From: an uncultured Planctomycetota bacterium
Lineage (GTDB): Bacteria > Planctomycetota > Phycisphaerae > SM23-33
Length of the DNA: 64,000 nt
Direction: 5' to 3'
Assembly (NCBI GenBank): GCA_903892515.1
Contig: CAITIS010000057.1
Location: forward strand, 143,067 to 207,066
How positions within the stretch are numbered: position 1 is the first letter of the stretch; each line of letters opens with the position of its first letter. Shown piece by piece: positions 9,144-17,500 of the stretch. Made by a program: the position numbers and the translations under genes. The notes under the pieces are model-generated. The model saw only the letters and a program-made list of their open reading frames with translations, was not told where the DNA came from and did no database searches.

Positions 9144-9425
9144 GGGTGCCATAGGTTGAGCCGCGCCGTTGCGGCTCTACCTATGTGGTGCGTCCGCGTA
9201 GGCAGCCCCGCCTTCGCCAGACGGCGCGAAGCCGTGTCAGCCTATGGCACCCATGCTGGCTCTACCTATGCGGTGCGTCCGCATAGGCAGCCCCGCCTTC
9301 GCCAGACGGCGCGAAGCCGGGTCAGCCTATGGCACCCATGCTGGCTCTACCTATGTGGTGCGTCCGCATAGGCAGCCCCGCCTTCGCCAGACGGCGCGAA
9401 GCCGGGTCAGCCTATGGCACCCATG
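9144..9425. repeat. Dispersed palindromic element (GGGTGCCATAGG...CCTATGGCACCC) with three tandem 85-bp units
   Basis: Units start at 9173, 9258, 9343; other full or partial copies at about 10396-10562, 15955-16021, 21150-21259, 25835-25925, 28479-28663, 42185-42230. Confidence 0.85.
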
Positions 9426-9464
9426 ATTGAAGACTGACCAGCTAGTCGCGCCAGGCCTGGCCGC

Positions 9465-10250
9465 CTACCGCAGCGTCCGCAGGAATTTCGTGATGCGATT
9501 GAGCACCGCCACTTCGTCGCCGTCTTTGCCTTCGTACTCCACGGACAGGAAGCCGCGGAAGCCGGCCTTCGCCAGGATGCCGTGAATCCGTCGCCAATCG
9601 AATTCGTCGTCGGTGCCGTCGGGGTTGACGTTGAAGAACTTGGCATGCACGATGGCCGCGTGCGGGGCGCAGCGCTCGTGGCTGCGATACGTCTCGGGCC
9701 CGACGTGGCTGGTGGGCGGGAAGTTTCCCGTATCCATCGTGAGCTTGAGATACGGGCTACCCACGTCGCGGTGCAGGCTGAGCACCTGGTCGGCCGTGGT
9801 GCCGCCGTGGTTTTCCAGGCTCATGACGATGCCGCGTTTCTCGCCAATGGCCGCGATCTCCTGCATGGCCTGGCGGACCTTTTCGTACAGCTCCGGCCCG
9901 CCGGCGTCGAGTTCCTGCCCGCTGCCGCAGAAGAACCGCACCAGTGGGGCGCCCAGGAATTCGGCCACCTCTACCCAGCGGGCGATGGTCCGCACGTGCT
10001 CTAGCCGCTTCTGGTCGTCCGCAACCGTCAAGTGCCCGCCGGCGGAGAGCATGGCGATGGTCAGGAAGCGATCAATGCACGCCTTCTTGATCTGTCGCAG
10101 GTAGTCAATTTCAGTCGAGGGGAAGTGCCCGCCCAGCAGTTCGACGCCGTCCAGCTCGTTGGCGGCACAGGCGTCCAGAAAGCCCAGCTGGTCCATCTGC
10201 TTGGCGTCGATGGCGCGGTGATAACTCCAGGAACTGCACGAAATCTTCAT
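9465..10250 (-). CDS. Sugar-phosphate isomerase/epimerase (xylose isomerase-like TIM barrel)
   Basis: DGVEL, LENHGG, MDTGNF, HAKF, GFLSVEYEG metal-binding pattern; AAGGAG RBS. Confidence 0.85.
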   Translation of the reverse strand: MKISCSSWSYHRAIDAKQMDQLGFLDACAANELDGVELLGGHFPSTEIDYLRQIKKACIDRFLTIAMLSAGGHLTVADDQKRLEHVRTIARWVEVAEFLGAPLVRFFCGSGQELDAGGPELYEKVRQAMQEIAAIGEKRGIVMSLENHGGTTADQVLSLHRDVGSPYLKLTMDTGNFPPTSHVGPETYRSHERCAPHAAIVHAKFFNVNPDGTDDEFDWRRIHGILAKAGFRGFLSVEYEGKDGDEVAVLNRITKFLRTLR

Positions 10251-10603
10251 GCGTCGCTCTCCTTGGTGAACGGGCGTAACGTAGCAACGCGAGTGATCGG
10301 GGGCAAGGGGGTAGGACAGCGCGGGGCGTTGTTAGCGGTGGCGCAAAGCCGCAAGCGGCCGTGCCGCGGGTGGTGCCACACATGGGTGTCACATGGGTGC
10401 CATAGGTTGAGCCGCGCATGGGTGCCATAGGTTGAGCCGCGCTGTTGCGGCTCTACCTATGTGGAGTTTCGGCTGCGAAGCGTCGGTTCACACGGAGCGC
10501 CCGCATAGGCAGCCCCGTCTTCGCTGGACGGCGCGAAGCCGTGTCAGCCTATGGCACCCATGATGAAGCCGTGTCGGCCTACGGCGCCCATGCCACGGGC
10601 AAG

Positions 10604-11374
10604 CTACTTTGTCGCCCCGGCCATCAGGTATGACGCCGGCGCCGTGCCATGCCAGTGCTGGAGCCAGAAACGCATCATGACCTCGGGATGCCGTTCGTGG
10701 CCAACGCCGGGCAGTTCTTGCTGGTCCACCACGAAACCGGCTGAGCGAAGATAGTCGACGGCGTCACGCGACTGCGGCTTGATGGGGCCGGGGTCGGCCT
10801 CGCCCCAGTACACCATGACCGGCGTCTCCAAGGCCTCGGGCGGATACCAGTCCTCGATGGCCTTGCGGTTGAAATTGCAGCTCCGCGCCACCACGCAGGA
10901 AAAGACATCAGGGTGCCGGAGCCCGACGAAATACACCGGGAAGCCGCCGCCCGAAAAGCCGGTGATCAGGACGTTGTGGCGGTCGATGTTGTACAGGTAG
11001 TTCAGGTGTCCGATGATGCCCATGATGATCTTTTCATCCTGGAGCATCGCGCCCACTGAGCCGTTGCCCAAAATGCCGTCGGTGCCCACCAGCTTGGGGC
11101 AGATCAGGATGCAGCCATGCTGCTCGGCCAGCATCTTTAGCTCGCGCACCTGCGAGTCGGCCGGGTCGAAGGGCACCGTGCCGTGGCAGCTGACGATCAC
11201 CGGGGCCGGGCGATTGCGATTGTACGCCGTCGAGACGTACAGGTAGTAGCCGCTGCCGGTGACCGGGTCGCTCAGGAGTTTTTCGGGCACGGGAGTGTTC
11301 TGCGGCTGGGGCACGGGACAGCCCGACACCAGCAGGGTCAACATAACTAGAAGGACGAGGGTTACATCACGCAT
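10604..11374 (-). CDS. Lipoprotein alpha/beta hydrolase (esterase / PHB-depolymerase-like)
   Basis: Lipobox LVSGC, PAPVIVSCHG, nucleophile GFSGG, GEAD and GVGH triad residues. Confidence 0.75.
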   Translation of the reverse strand: MRDVTLVLLVMLTLLVSGCPVPQPQNTPVPEKLLSDPVTGSGYYLYVSTAYNRNRPAPVIVSCHGTVPFDPADSQVRELKMLAEQHGCILICPKLVGTDGILGNGSVGAMLQDEKIIMGIIGHLNYLYNIDRHNVLITGFSGGGFPVYFVGLRHPDVFSCVVARSCNFNRKAIEDWYPPEALETPVMVYWGEADPGPIKPQSRDAVDYLRSAGFVVDQQELPGVGHERHPEVMMRFWLQHWHGTAPASYLMAGATK

Positions 11375-11567
11375 GCGGCGCAGGTTCCTCAAAAAGTTCC
11401 AGCCACGCTTTCGGGCTCAACGCCACCTGAAGGCATGGCTGCACGAACGTATTGTAGAGAATCTATCGGCTCGAAACAATGCTCGCGCTTAGCCAACCCC
11501 GCCACCGCGCCGGATATGTTCGATTTGGGATGTTACGGAGAGGTTGCTAAAACTCTTCTCTGACTGG

Positions 11568-11635
11568 AATGGCGGGTTTTCTAACCTGCCATCTCTCGTC
11601 AGTGGGGACGTGGCGGGTTGGGAAACCCGCCACGC
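11568..11635. repeat. REP doublet (TGGCGGGTT-N-AACCYGCCA)
   Basis: Two hairpins, TGGCGGGTTTTCTAACCTGCCA and TGGCGGGTTGGGAAACCCGCCA. Confidence 0.55.
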
Positions 11636-11769
11636 GAAAAGCTGTTTGGGCAGTGACTCCACCCCGCTGCCTCCTCTTCGTCTTTTCCTTCGTGCCCTTT
11701 GTGAGGCCGTTTCTTCGTGCCTTTGTGGTGGGTTGTCTTCCCTACGCCCTAATCCCTACACCCTGCATC

Positions 11770-12753
11770 CTACTGGTGTATTTCCACCACGTTCTTGTCG
11801 TGCAGCACGTCGCTGCGCTGGACGCGCTGGCCTTCGAACCAGCCGTCGCCCCAGATGCGGGCGAAGGTCATGATCTCGGGCAGGTCGCGGTGGACGGCGC
11901 TGGCCAGTTCCTCGACCGTCGAGCCCAGCGGCAGGATGTACGGCCTGTCGAAGTCGGCCGGCTTGCCCGGCTCCTTGGTGTAGATGCGGATGACCGACAG
12001 CAGCTGCCACAGCCGCGCCCGCAGAACGTCGAGCCCCTGGCCGCTGGCGGTGCTGATGGCGATGATCTCCAGCTTGTTATCGAAGAGTTCGCGCAGCACC
12101 TCGATGTCGCCTTCGCTGGCCAGGTCGAGCTTGTTGGCGATGACTATGGCCGAGCGGGCGTTGGGGTTGGCCACGTCCAGTTCGGCCACCGGCACGCTCT
12201 TGAGTTCGACGCCGCGCTCGGTCAGCACCGAATGCATCATGTCGGCCTGTTCCAGGCAGTCGGCCGAGGCGTCCACCACGATGCCGATGATGTCGGCAGA
12301 GCGGATCGTGCCCAGCAGCCCGCTAGGGATATTGTCAACCGTCATGGGCGGGGTATCGACCAGCTGAATCTGCACGTCCTCAAAGGGCCACATGCCCGGG
12401 GCAGGCAGGGCGGTGGTGTAGGGATAGTCGCCCACCTTGACCGGTGCGTTGGTAGTGACGGCCACGATGGAACTCTTGCCCGTGTTGGGCGGCCCGGCCA
12501 GCACGACCTGCCCGGCGCCGCTCTTGGGGACGTGAAAGTGGTCCACGGTGCCCTTGGCGGCGGGCTTGCTGGCCATGTCCTTGCGCAGCTGGCTGATCTT
12601 GCGTTTCAGCTCGGCCTGCATCTTCTCCGAGGCCTTGTGCTTGGGGATGGTCTGGAGCATGGCCTGGAGGGCGTCGAGCCGTTCCTCGTCGGTCGTGGCC
12701 GACTTGTACCGCGCTTCGTTCTTCTGATACTCTGGGGTGAGATTTGCCGCCAT
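11770..12753 (-). CDS. DRG/OBG-family GTPase with C-terminal TGS domain
   Basis: MAANLTPEY, TIPKHKASEK, G1 GPPNTGKS, G2 YPYTT, G3 DTPP, G4 NKLD, IRIYTK...TGS. Confidence 0.85.
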   Translation of the reverse strand: MAANLTPEYQKNEARYKSATTDEERLDALQAMLQTIPKHKASEKMQAELKRKISQLRKDMASKPAAKGTVDHFHVPKSGAGQVVLAGPPNTGKSSIVAVTTNAPVKVGDYPYTTALPAPGMWPFEDVQIQLVDTPPMTVDNIPSGLLGTIRSADIIGIVVDASADCLEQADMMHSVLTERGVELKSVPVAELDVANPNARSAIVIANKLDLASEGDIEVLRELFDNKLEIIAISTASGQGLDVLRARLWQLLSVIRIYTKEPGKPADFDRPYILPLGSTVEELASAVHRDLPEIMTFARIWGDGWFEGQRVQRSDVLHDKNVVEIHQ

Positions 12754-12849
12754 GCGGACATTATAAGGATGGCAGCGGCAGGCACAACCGCGTTTGCGCC
12801 AGCGGCCGGAAGTGGGTGGGGCAACAGCCTGATTTGGGTGGCACGCCTT

Positions 12850-13122
12850 GGGTGGCATGGTCACCCTGCTTTTGGGGTGACCATGTTAAGTAACGCAAAA
12901 CGGATTCACCGCCGAGACCGCAAAGCCCGCGAAGCTGAAATGTTTCAAAGAGGCCTGGTGCCATGCCTTTACGTGTACTCGCGGAAAGGCATGTTCGCCG
13001 GAGCGTGATCCGAATTGGGTGCCATGGCAGGCCCGAGCAACGTGGCCGCTGGACGCCGCGGCCACGGCACCCTGGCAGCACGTCTCAACATGGTCACGCC
13101 AACGAAAGCGTGACCATGCCAC
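12850..13122. repeat. Cluster of REP-like hairpins (GGTGGCATGGTCAC...GTGACCATG and ATGCCTTTACGTGTACTCGCGGAAAGGCAT families)
   Basis: Same motifs recur at about 19847-19878, 26613-26647, 28712-28812, 42241-42275. Confidence 0.7.
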
Positions 13123-13168
13123 CCGTCAAAACGCGGGCGAGCGCCCGCGACACTTATTCAACGGCCTG

Positions 13169-13312
13169 CTACGGCTTGGCCTTGCAGCACTTCTTGGCCA
13201 CGGCCATGCCGATCATAAAGACCAGCGTAATGCCGATGGCATGAATGACCCACCATCCCCAATTCAGGAACTGGATGGGCTGGGGCACGACAACGCCGAG
13301 CATGTCAGTCAT
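13169..13312 (-). CDS. Small membrane protein, 47 aa (not in ORF track)
   Basis: MTDMLGVVVPQPIQFLNWGWWVIHAIGITLVFMIGMAVAKKCCKAKP*; GAAAGGAAG RBS; GC-ending codons; one TM helix. Confidence 0.65.
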   Translation of the reverse strand: MTDMLGVVVPQPIQFLNWGWWVIHAIGITLVFMIGMAVAKKCCKAKP

Positions 13313-13452
13313 GGTTCTTCCTTTCTCTCAAAACCTGTCGAAACGGGTCGAGCGTCCGGTTCGCTGCATAAGATGAGTCACTGCCGAATCATAGGCACCG
13401 ACGGCCTGCCGGCAACGGGCAGACCGCTGGCGACATGAGAAAGGAAAGACGC

Positions 13453-13884
13453 GTGGCACTCGGAAAACTTCATCTGCTCGTGCTGCACTTCCCGGTGGCG
13501 CTGGTGCTCACGGTGGCTTTGGCGGACGTTATCTGGCTGCGCTGGCGCAAGCCGATCTTCCAGTTGGCTGGATACTTCTGCCTGCTGCTGGGGACGCTGG
13601 CGTGCATCCCGACCATGGCCACCGGGCTGATGCTGATTGACACGCTGAAGTTCACGCCCGAGGAGGCCAGCCTGGCCGAGACGCATGAAACGCTGGGGAT
13701 CATGACCGTGATGGTGGTGGTGCTGGCGGCCGTGGTGAGAGCCTGGCGGAAGAACAAGCTTTCGGGCATGTGGGCCTGCGCGTACGGCTTGCTCATCGCG
13801 GGATCGGTCGCCCTGGTCGGCGTGACGGCCCACTACGGCGGATTGCTGGCCTTCGGGAAGGACTACCTTTCGGGCATTCTGTAG
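13453..13884 (+). CDS. Membrane protein, DUF2231-like (His-ligated, possibly heme-binding)
   Basis: LHLLVLHFPVAL, ATG, HETLG, TAHYGGLL; four TM helices; GTG start after AAGGAA. Confidence 0.75.
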   Translation: MALGKLHLLVLHFPVALVLTVALADVIWLRWRKPIFQLAGYFCLLLGTLACIPTMATGLMLIDTLKFTPEEASLAETHETLGIMTVMVVVLAAVVRAWRKNKLSGMWACAYGLLIAGSVALVGVTAHYGGLLAFGKDYLSGIL

Positions 13885-14531
13885 ATTCGCGTGGCAGGAC
13901 GGGCAGGAGGCTCAGTCAGTCGATGAGAAACGGTTTCATAATCTGACCCGTGACGAATTGGACTCGTGACTAATTGGACCCGTGACTAATTGGACCCGTG
14001 GCACAGCCGCCCTCGGCTGTGGATCTTGCCGCCTAGTCGACGTCTTTTCACGCGGCTCGCACCCGAGGGCGGGCGCGAGTCGCACCTGCAACCGACTCTG
14101 CCATCGTGCCGCTTGCCAGGCCCGAAGGGCCGGAACGATTGTAGAGGGGGGCGTGAGCCCCCGGAATCAGGCCCAGAACGTATAGCCCCGAAGGGGCGGC
14201 ACTGGCGGTCTACTCTGTCGCCCCTTCGGGGCTCGAATGTCCAAACGTCGCTGCCGGGGGCTCACGCCCCCGGCTACAATCGTCACGCCCCTTCGGGGCT
14301 CTACTGCAACCGGGTTTTGCTGCAATCAGGTTTTGCTGCAATCGGGGCTCTGTTGCAGCCGGTCTACGCTGCAACGTGCTGAAATGCGTTGTCAGTTGCA
14401 CCTTCCCCAGACCAACCGGCCATCGCGTCCGCTGATTCATTGACTCGCCCAGGAACCAGGAACCAGGAACTAACAACTAACAACTACTCACCATGGCCTG
14501 CGACCTGCGACCTACGACCTATTCCCTGCCG

Positions 14532-15077
14532 CTAAAACAGCTCGAAGATCGACTGGCTTTTCACGATGGCGCGTTCGTCGGGGAAGGCGTGGTACGTGAA
14601 GACGTGGAATTGCCGGGTGCGCGTCTCGAAGTCCAGGTACGTGAAGGGGGAAAGGTCGCCCACCGACCACTGCGGGAAGGAAATATAGATTCCCGTGCGG
14701 TGGGCCTGCTCGGTCAGGTCGGCGTGGCTGCGGGCGAAGGTGCGGGGGCTCATGCGTTCGACCTGGACGTTGACGAGGTAGCGCAGGCCGGTGATGAGAT
14801 CGACGCGCCGGCTCTTTTCGCCGCGCAAGGCCAGACTCAGCAGGCGATTGCGGGCCGGTAGCCGCTCGGGCCGGTCCGAGACGATCTCCGTCAAGACCCC
14901 TTTTTGCCGGTCGTAAAAGCCGATGCTGTGGCCTGAGCCCGTCACCAGGATCTGGGCCTCGTAATATCGCCGCCGGATCGTCTGGGTGTGGTAGATGTCG
15001 AACAGCTCCGGGTGCAGAGGCCGGCTGTACAAGAGAAAGCGCAGACTGCTGACGCGTTGTTTCTGTTCCGTCGCCAT
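14532..15077 (-). CDS. Conserved protein, DUF2617-like
   Basis: LYSRPLHPELFDI...TYHAFPDERAIVKSQSIFE. Confidence 0.65.
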   Translation of the reverse strand: MATEQKQRVSSLRFLLYSRPLHPELFDIYHTQTIRRRYYEAQILVTGSGHSIGFYDRQKGVLTEIVSDRPERLPARNRLLSLALRGEKSRRVDLITGLRYLVNVQVERMSPRTFARSHADLTEQAHRTGIYISFPQWSVGDLSPFTYLDFETRTRQFHVFTYHAFPDERAIVKSQSIFELF

Positions 15078-15167
15078 GTCACCTGTGGATTATACCGAGC
15101 CGGCCACGGGCAGGGTCAGTGCGGAAAGGCGGAATCGGTGATTTCGGCGCGGAAAGGGGCGGAAGGA

Positions 15168-15245
15168 AGGTCGGAGGTCGGAGGCCGGAGGCCAGAGGCC
15201 GGAGGCCAGAGCTGAGGTCCGAGGTCCGAGGCCGGAGGCCTGAGC
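15168..15245. repeat. Heptamer tandem repeat (GGAGGYC)
   Basis: Other simple-repeat tracts at about 14450-14525, 15280-15338, 17255-17430, 19485-19615, 22085-22140, 31510-31590, 33722-33758, 58841-58968. Confidence 0.8.
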
Positions 15246-15425
15246 GCGGGAAGGTCAACCATTCTCATTGCGCCCCGCGTTCGACGAGTCCACGAGTTCA
15301 CGGACTCACGAGTTCACGGATTCACGAACCCACGAATTCCTTCCCCGCCGGTTCGCTTGCCGGCCATTTTGTGTTATGGTTTTGCCCTTAACGAATCGCA
15401 CTCGAATCCCTGGGAGTATTCACGA

Positions 15426-15944
15426 ATGACGACCGAAGAACTGGCCAAGCGGGTCAAGGCCGTGGCGTATCTGGAAGGCGACTTTCTGTTGCGCAGCGGC
15501 AAGCGGAGCCGTTTCTACCTGGACAAGTACCTCTTTGAGACCACGCCGGACATCCTGGCGGAGATGGGCCGGCGGATGGGCGCGTTCGCGGGCGATGCCG
15601 ACATGATCGCCGGGCCCGAACTGGGCGCGGTGGCCCTGGCGGCGGCAACGTCCATGGCGACGGGCAAGCCCTTTACCATCGTGCGCAAAGCCGCCAAGGA
15701 GTACGGCACCAGCAAGCTCATCGAGGGCACGCCGGTGGCGGGCAAGAAGGTGCTGCTGGTGGAAGACGTCGGCACCACGGCCGGGGCTGCTCTGGAGGCG
15801 GCCAAGGTGCTGGTGGCGGCCGGTGCGACCATCACGCGGCTGGTCTTCGCCATCGACCGCATGGAAGGCGCCCGCGAAAACGTCCAGGCCGCCGGGTATG
15901 AATTCCAGGCCGTCCTGAACGCCAAAGACCTGGGAATCAAATAG
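15426..15944 (+). CDS. pyrE: Orotate phosphoribosyltransferase
   Basis: GDFLLRSGKRSRFYLDK, IVRKAAKEYGT, PRPP loop LLVEDVGTTAG. Confidence 0.93.
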   Translation: MTTEELAKRVKAVAYLEGDFLLRSGKRSRFYLDKYLFETTPDILAEMGRRMGAFAGDADMIAGPELGAVALAAATSMATGKPFTIVRKAAKEYGTSKLIEGTPVAGKKVLLVEDVGTTAGAALEAAKVLVAAGATITRLVFAIDRMEGARENVQAAGYEFQAVLNAKDLGIK

Positions 15945-16077
15945 TCGCGCAACGGCTGCCATAGGTTGAGTATCCAAGGGTGCCATAGGTTGAGCCGCGC
16001 TGTCTTGCGGCTCTACCTATGCCTAACGCACCCTATGCGTACCGCCGCGGCGCGGACCTGCGGTATAATATCCAGCC

Positions 16078-17238
16078 ATGAGGACAGCGCTATCCTGCCT
16101 GATGGTTCTTGCCCTGGCCGGGGCTGGTCTGGCCCAGACCAGCCAGAAGGCCAAGCTGCCGCTCTGGCAGCGCATCAATCAGGTCATCGACGTTCCGGCC
16201 ATTGCGAACATGCCGCTGGAGAAGGCGCTCCAGCAGTACGCCCGCGAGTGCCGTCTCAACTTCGCCATCGATTGGCAGGCCCTGCGGCTGGCCGGCGTGA
16301 CCAGCCAGAAGCCCATCAGCGTCCCCGGCGGGAAGATGTCGATCGCCCAGATGCTGGACCTGGCGGCCCGCTCGGCCTCTGCCGGCAACACCGGCCTGGC
16401 CTGGCGCGTGGTGGGCGAGGAAATCTTCATCAGCACGCAGATGCGCGTGCTGCTGGCCAACCAAATGGGCTCCTTGCCGATCTTCGCCACGCCGCCTTCC
16501 ATGACGGCTGGGGCAACCAGCCGGCCGGCCGGGCAGTCCGCCCGCTCCGATCGCTCCGACGGCGGTAAAGAAATCAGCTTTGACAATCTCCCGCTCAGTG
16601 CCGTGCTGGACAATTTTCGCGACACCTCGAAGGTGAATTTCCACGTGAACTGGCGCTCGCTGGAATTGGCGGGAATCACGCCTGACACGCCGGTGACGCT
16701 GAAGGTTCGCGACGTCTCGATTGCCCGCGGCATGGACCTGGTCTTCGACGGCATCAACGCCGGCAAGGACAGGATGAGCAGCGTGTACTGGATCGTGGAC
16801 GAGGGCGTGGTGGAAATCGCCAGCGGCCTGGCCCTGAGCAACACCGTCAAGACCAAGGTCTTCGAGGTCGGTGACTTGCTGATGAGCCTGCCGAGATTCG
16901 ATGCCCCCGGCGTGGGCGGCTCGGGCGGGCTGAGCAATGGCAGCACCGGCGGCGGCGCTGCCGGGACGTCCTCGGGGGGCGGTTCGAGCGGAACCAGTTC
17001 GAGCGGTTCGCCGGGCCGATCGGGCGGCTCCTATGGCGGCGGCGCATCGGGAAGTTCCGGCACATCGGGCGTCGGTCAGCAGCCCGGCGACACGCTGATC
17101 GCCGTCATCAAGGAATCCATCGGCCCGGACATGTGGCAGCCCACGGGCAAGGGCGACGTGAAGCTGCGCGGCACGCAGTTGATCATCACCCAGACGCCGC
17201 TGGGCTTTAAGCTGATGGAGCAGGCCTTCCGGCGATAG
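16078..17238 (+). CDS. Secreted protein with repeated STN/secretin-N-like domains, no secretin beta-barrel
   Basis: Signal peptide; two repeats (IDWQALRLAGV / VNWRSLELAGI); Gly/Ser linker; IKESIGPDMW...LIITQT N3-like end. Confidence 0.6.
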   Translation: MRTALSCLMVLALAGAGLAQTSQKAKLPLWQRINQVIDVPAIANMPLEKALQQYARECRLNFAIDWQALRLAGVTSQKPISVPGGKMSIAQMLDLAARSASAGNTGLAWRVVGEEIFISTQMRVLLANQMGSLPIFATPPSMTAGATSRPAGQSARSDRSDGGKEISFDNLPLSAVLDNFRDTSKVNFHVNWRSLELAGITPDTPVTLKVRDVSIARGMDLVFDGINAGKDRMSSVYWIVDEGVVEIASGLALSNTVKTKVFEVGDLLMSLPRFDAPGVGGSGGLSNGSTGGGAAGTSSGGGSSGTSSSGSPGRSGGSYGGGASGSSGTSGVGQQPGDTLIAVIKESIGPDMWQPTGKGDVKLRGTQLIITQTPLGFKLMEQAFRR

Positions 17239-17500
17239 CAGCGAGCATCCACATCCACATCCACAGATTTCGCAGATTTCGCAGATTCCAGAGATTTCTC
17301 TCTGTGTCATCTGCGGAAGCGTTTCGACACTCGCACGCGTCACGCACCAGTGACGGCACAGCGGCATCCACAGATTTCGCAGATTCCACAGATCTCTCTC
17401 TGCGTCATCTGTGTAATCTGCGGAAGCGTATCGGCACGCTGGCCGTTGCTTCTTGCGGGCGGGCCTCCTAGCATACAGCCACTCTTTCAAGGAAATCTCC

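Noticed and set aside
9173-9425. CRISPR array
   Set aside because: The 85-bp units are near-identical end to end, with no unique spacers and no cas genes; they belong to a dispersed palindromic repeat family
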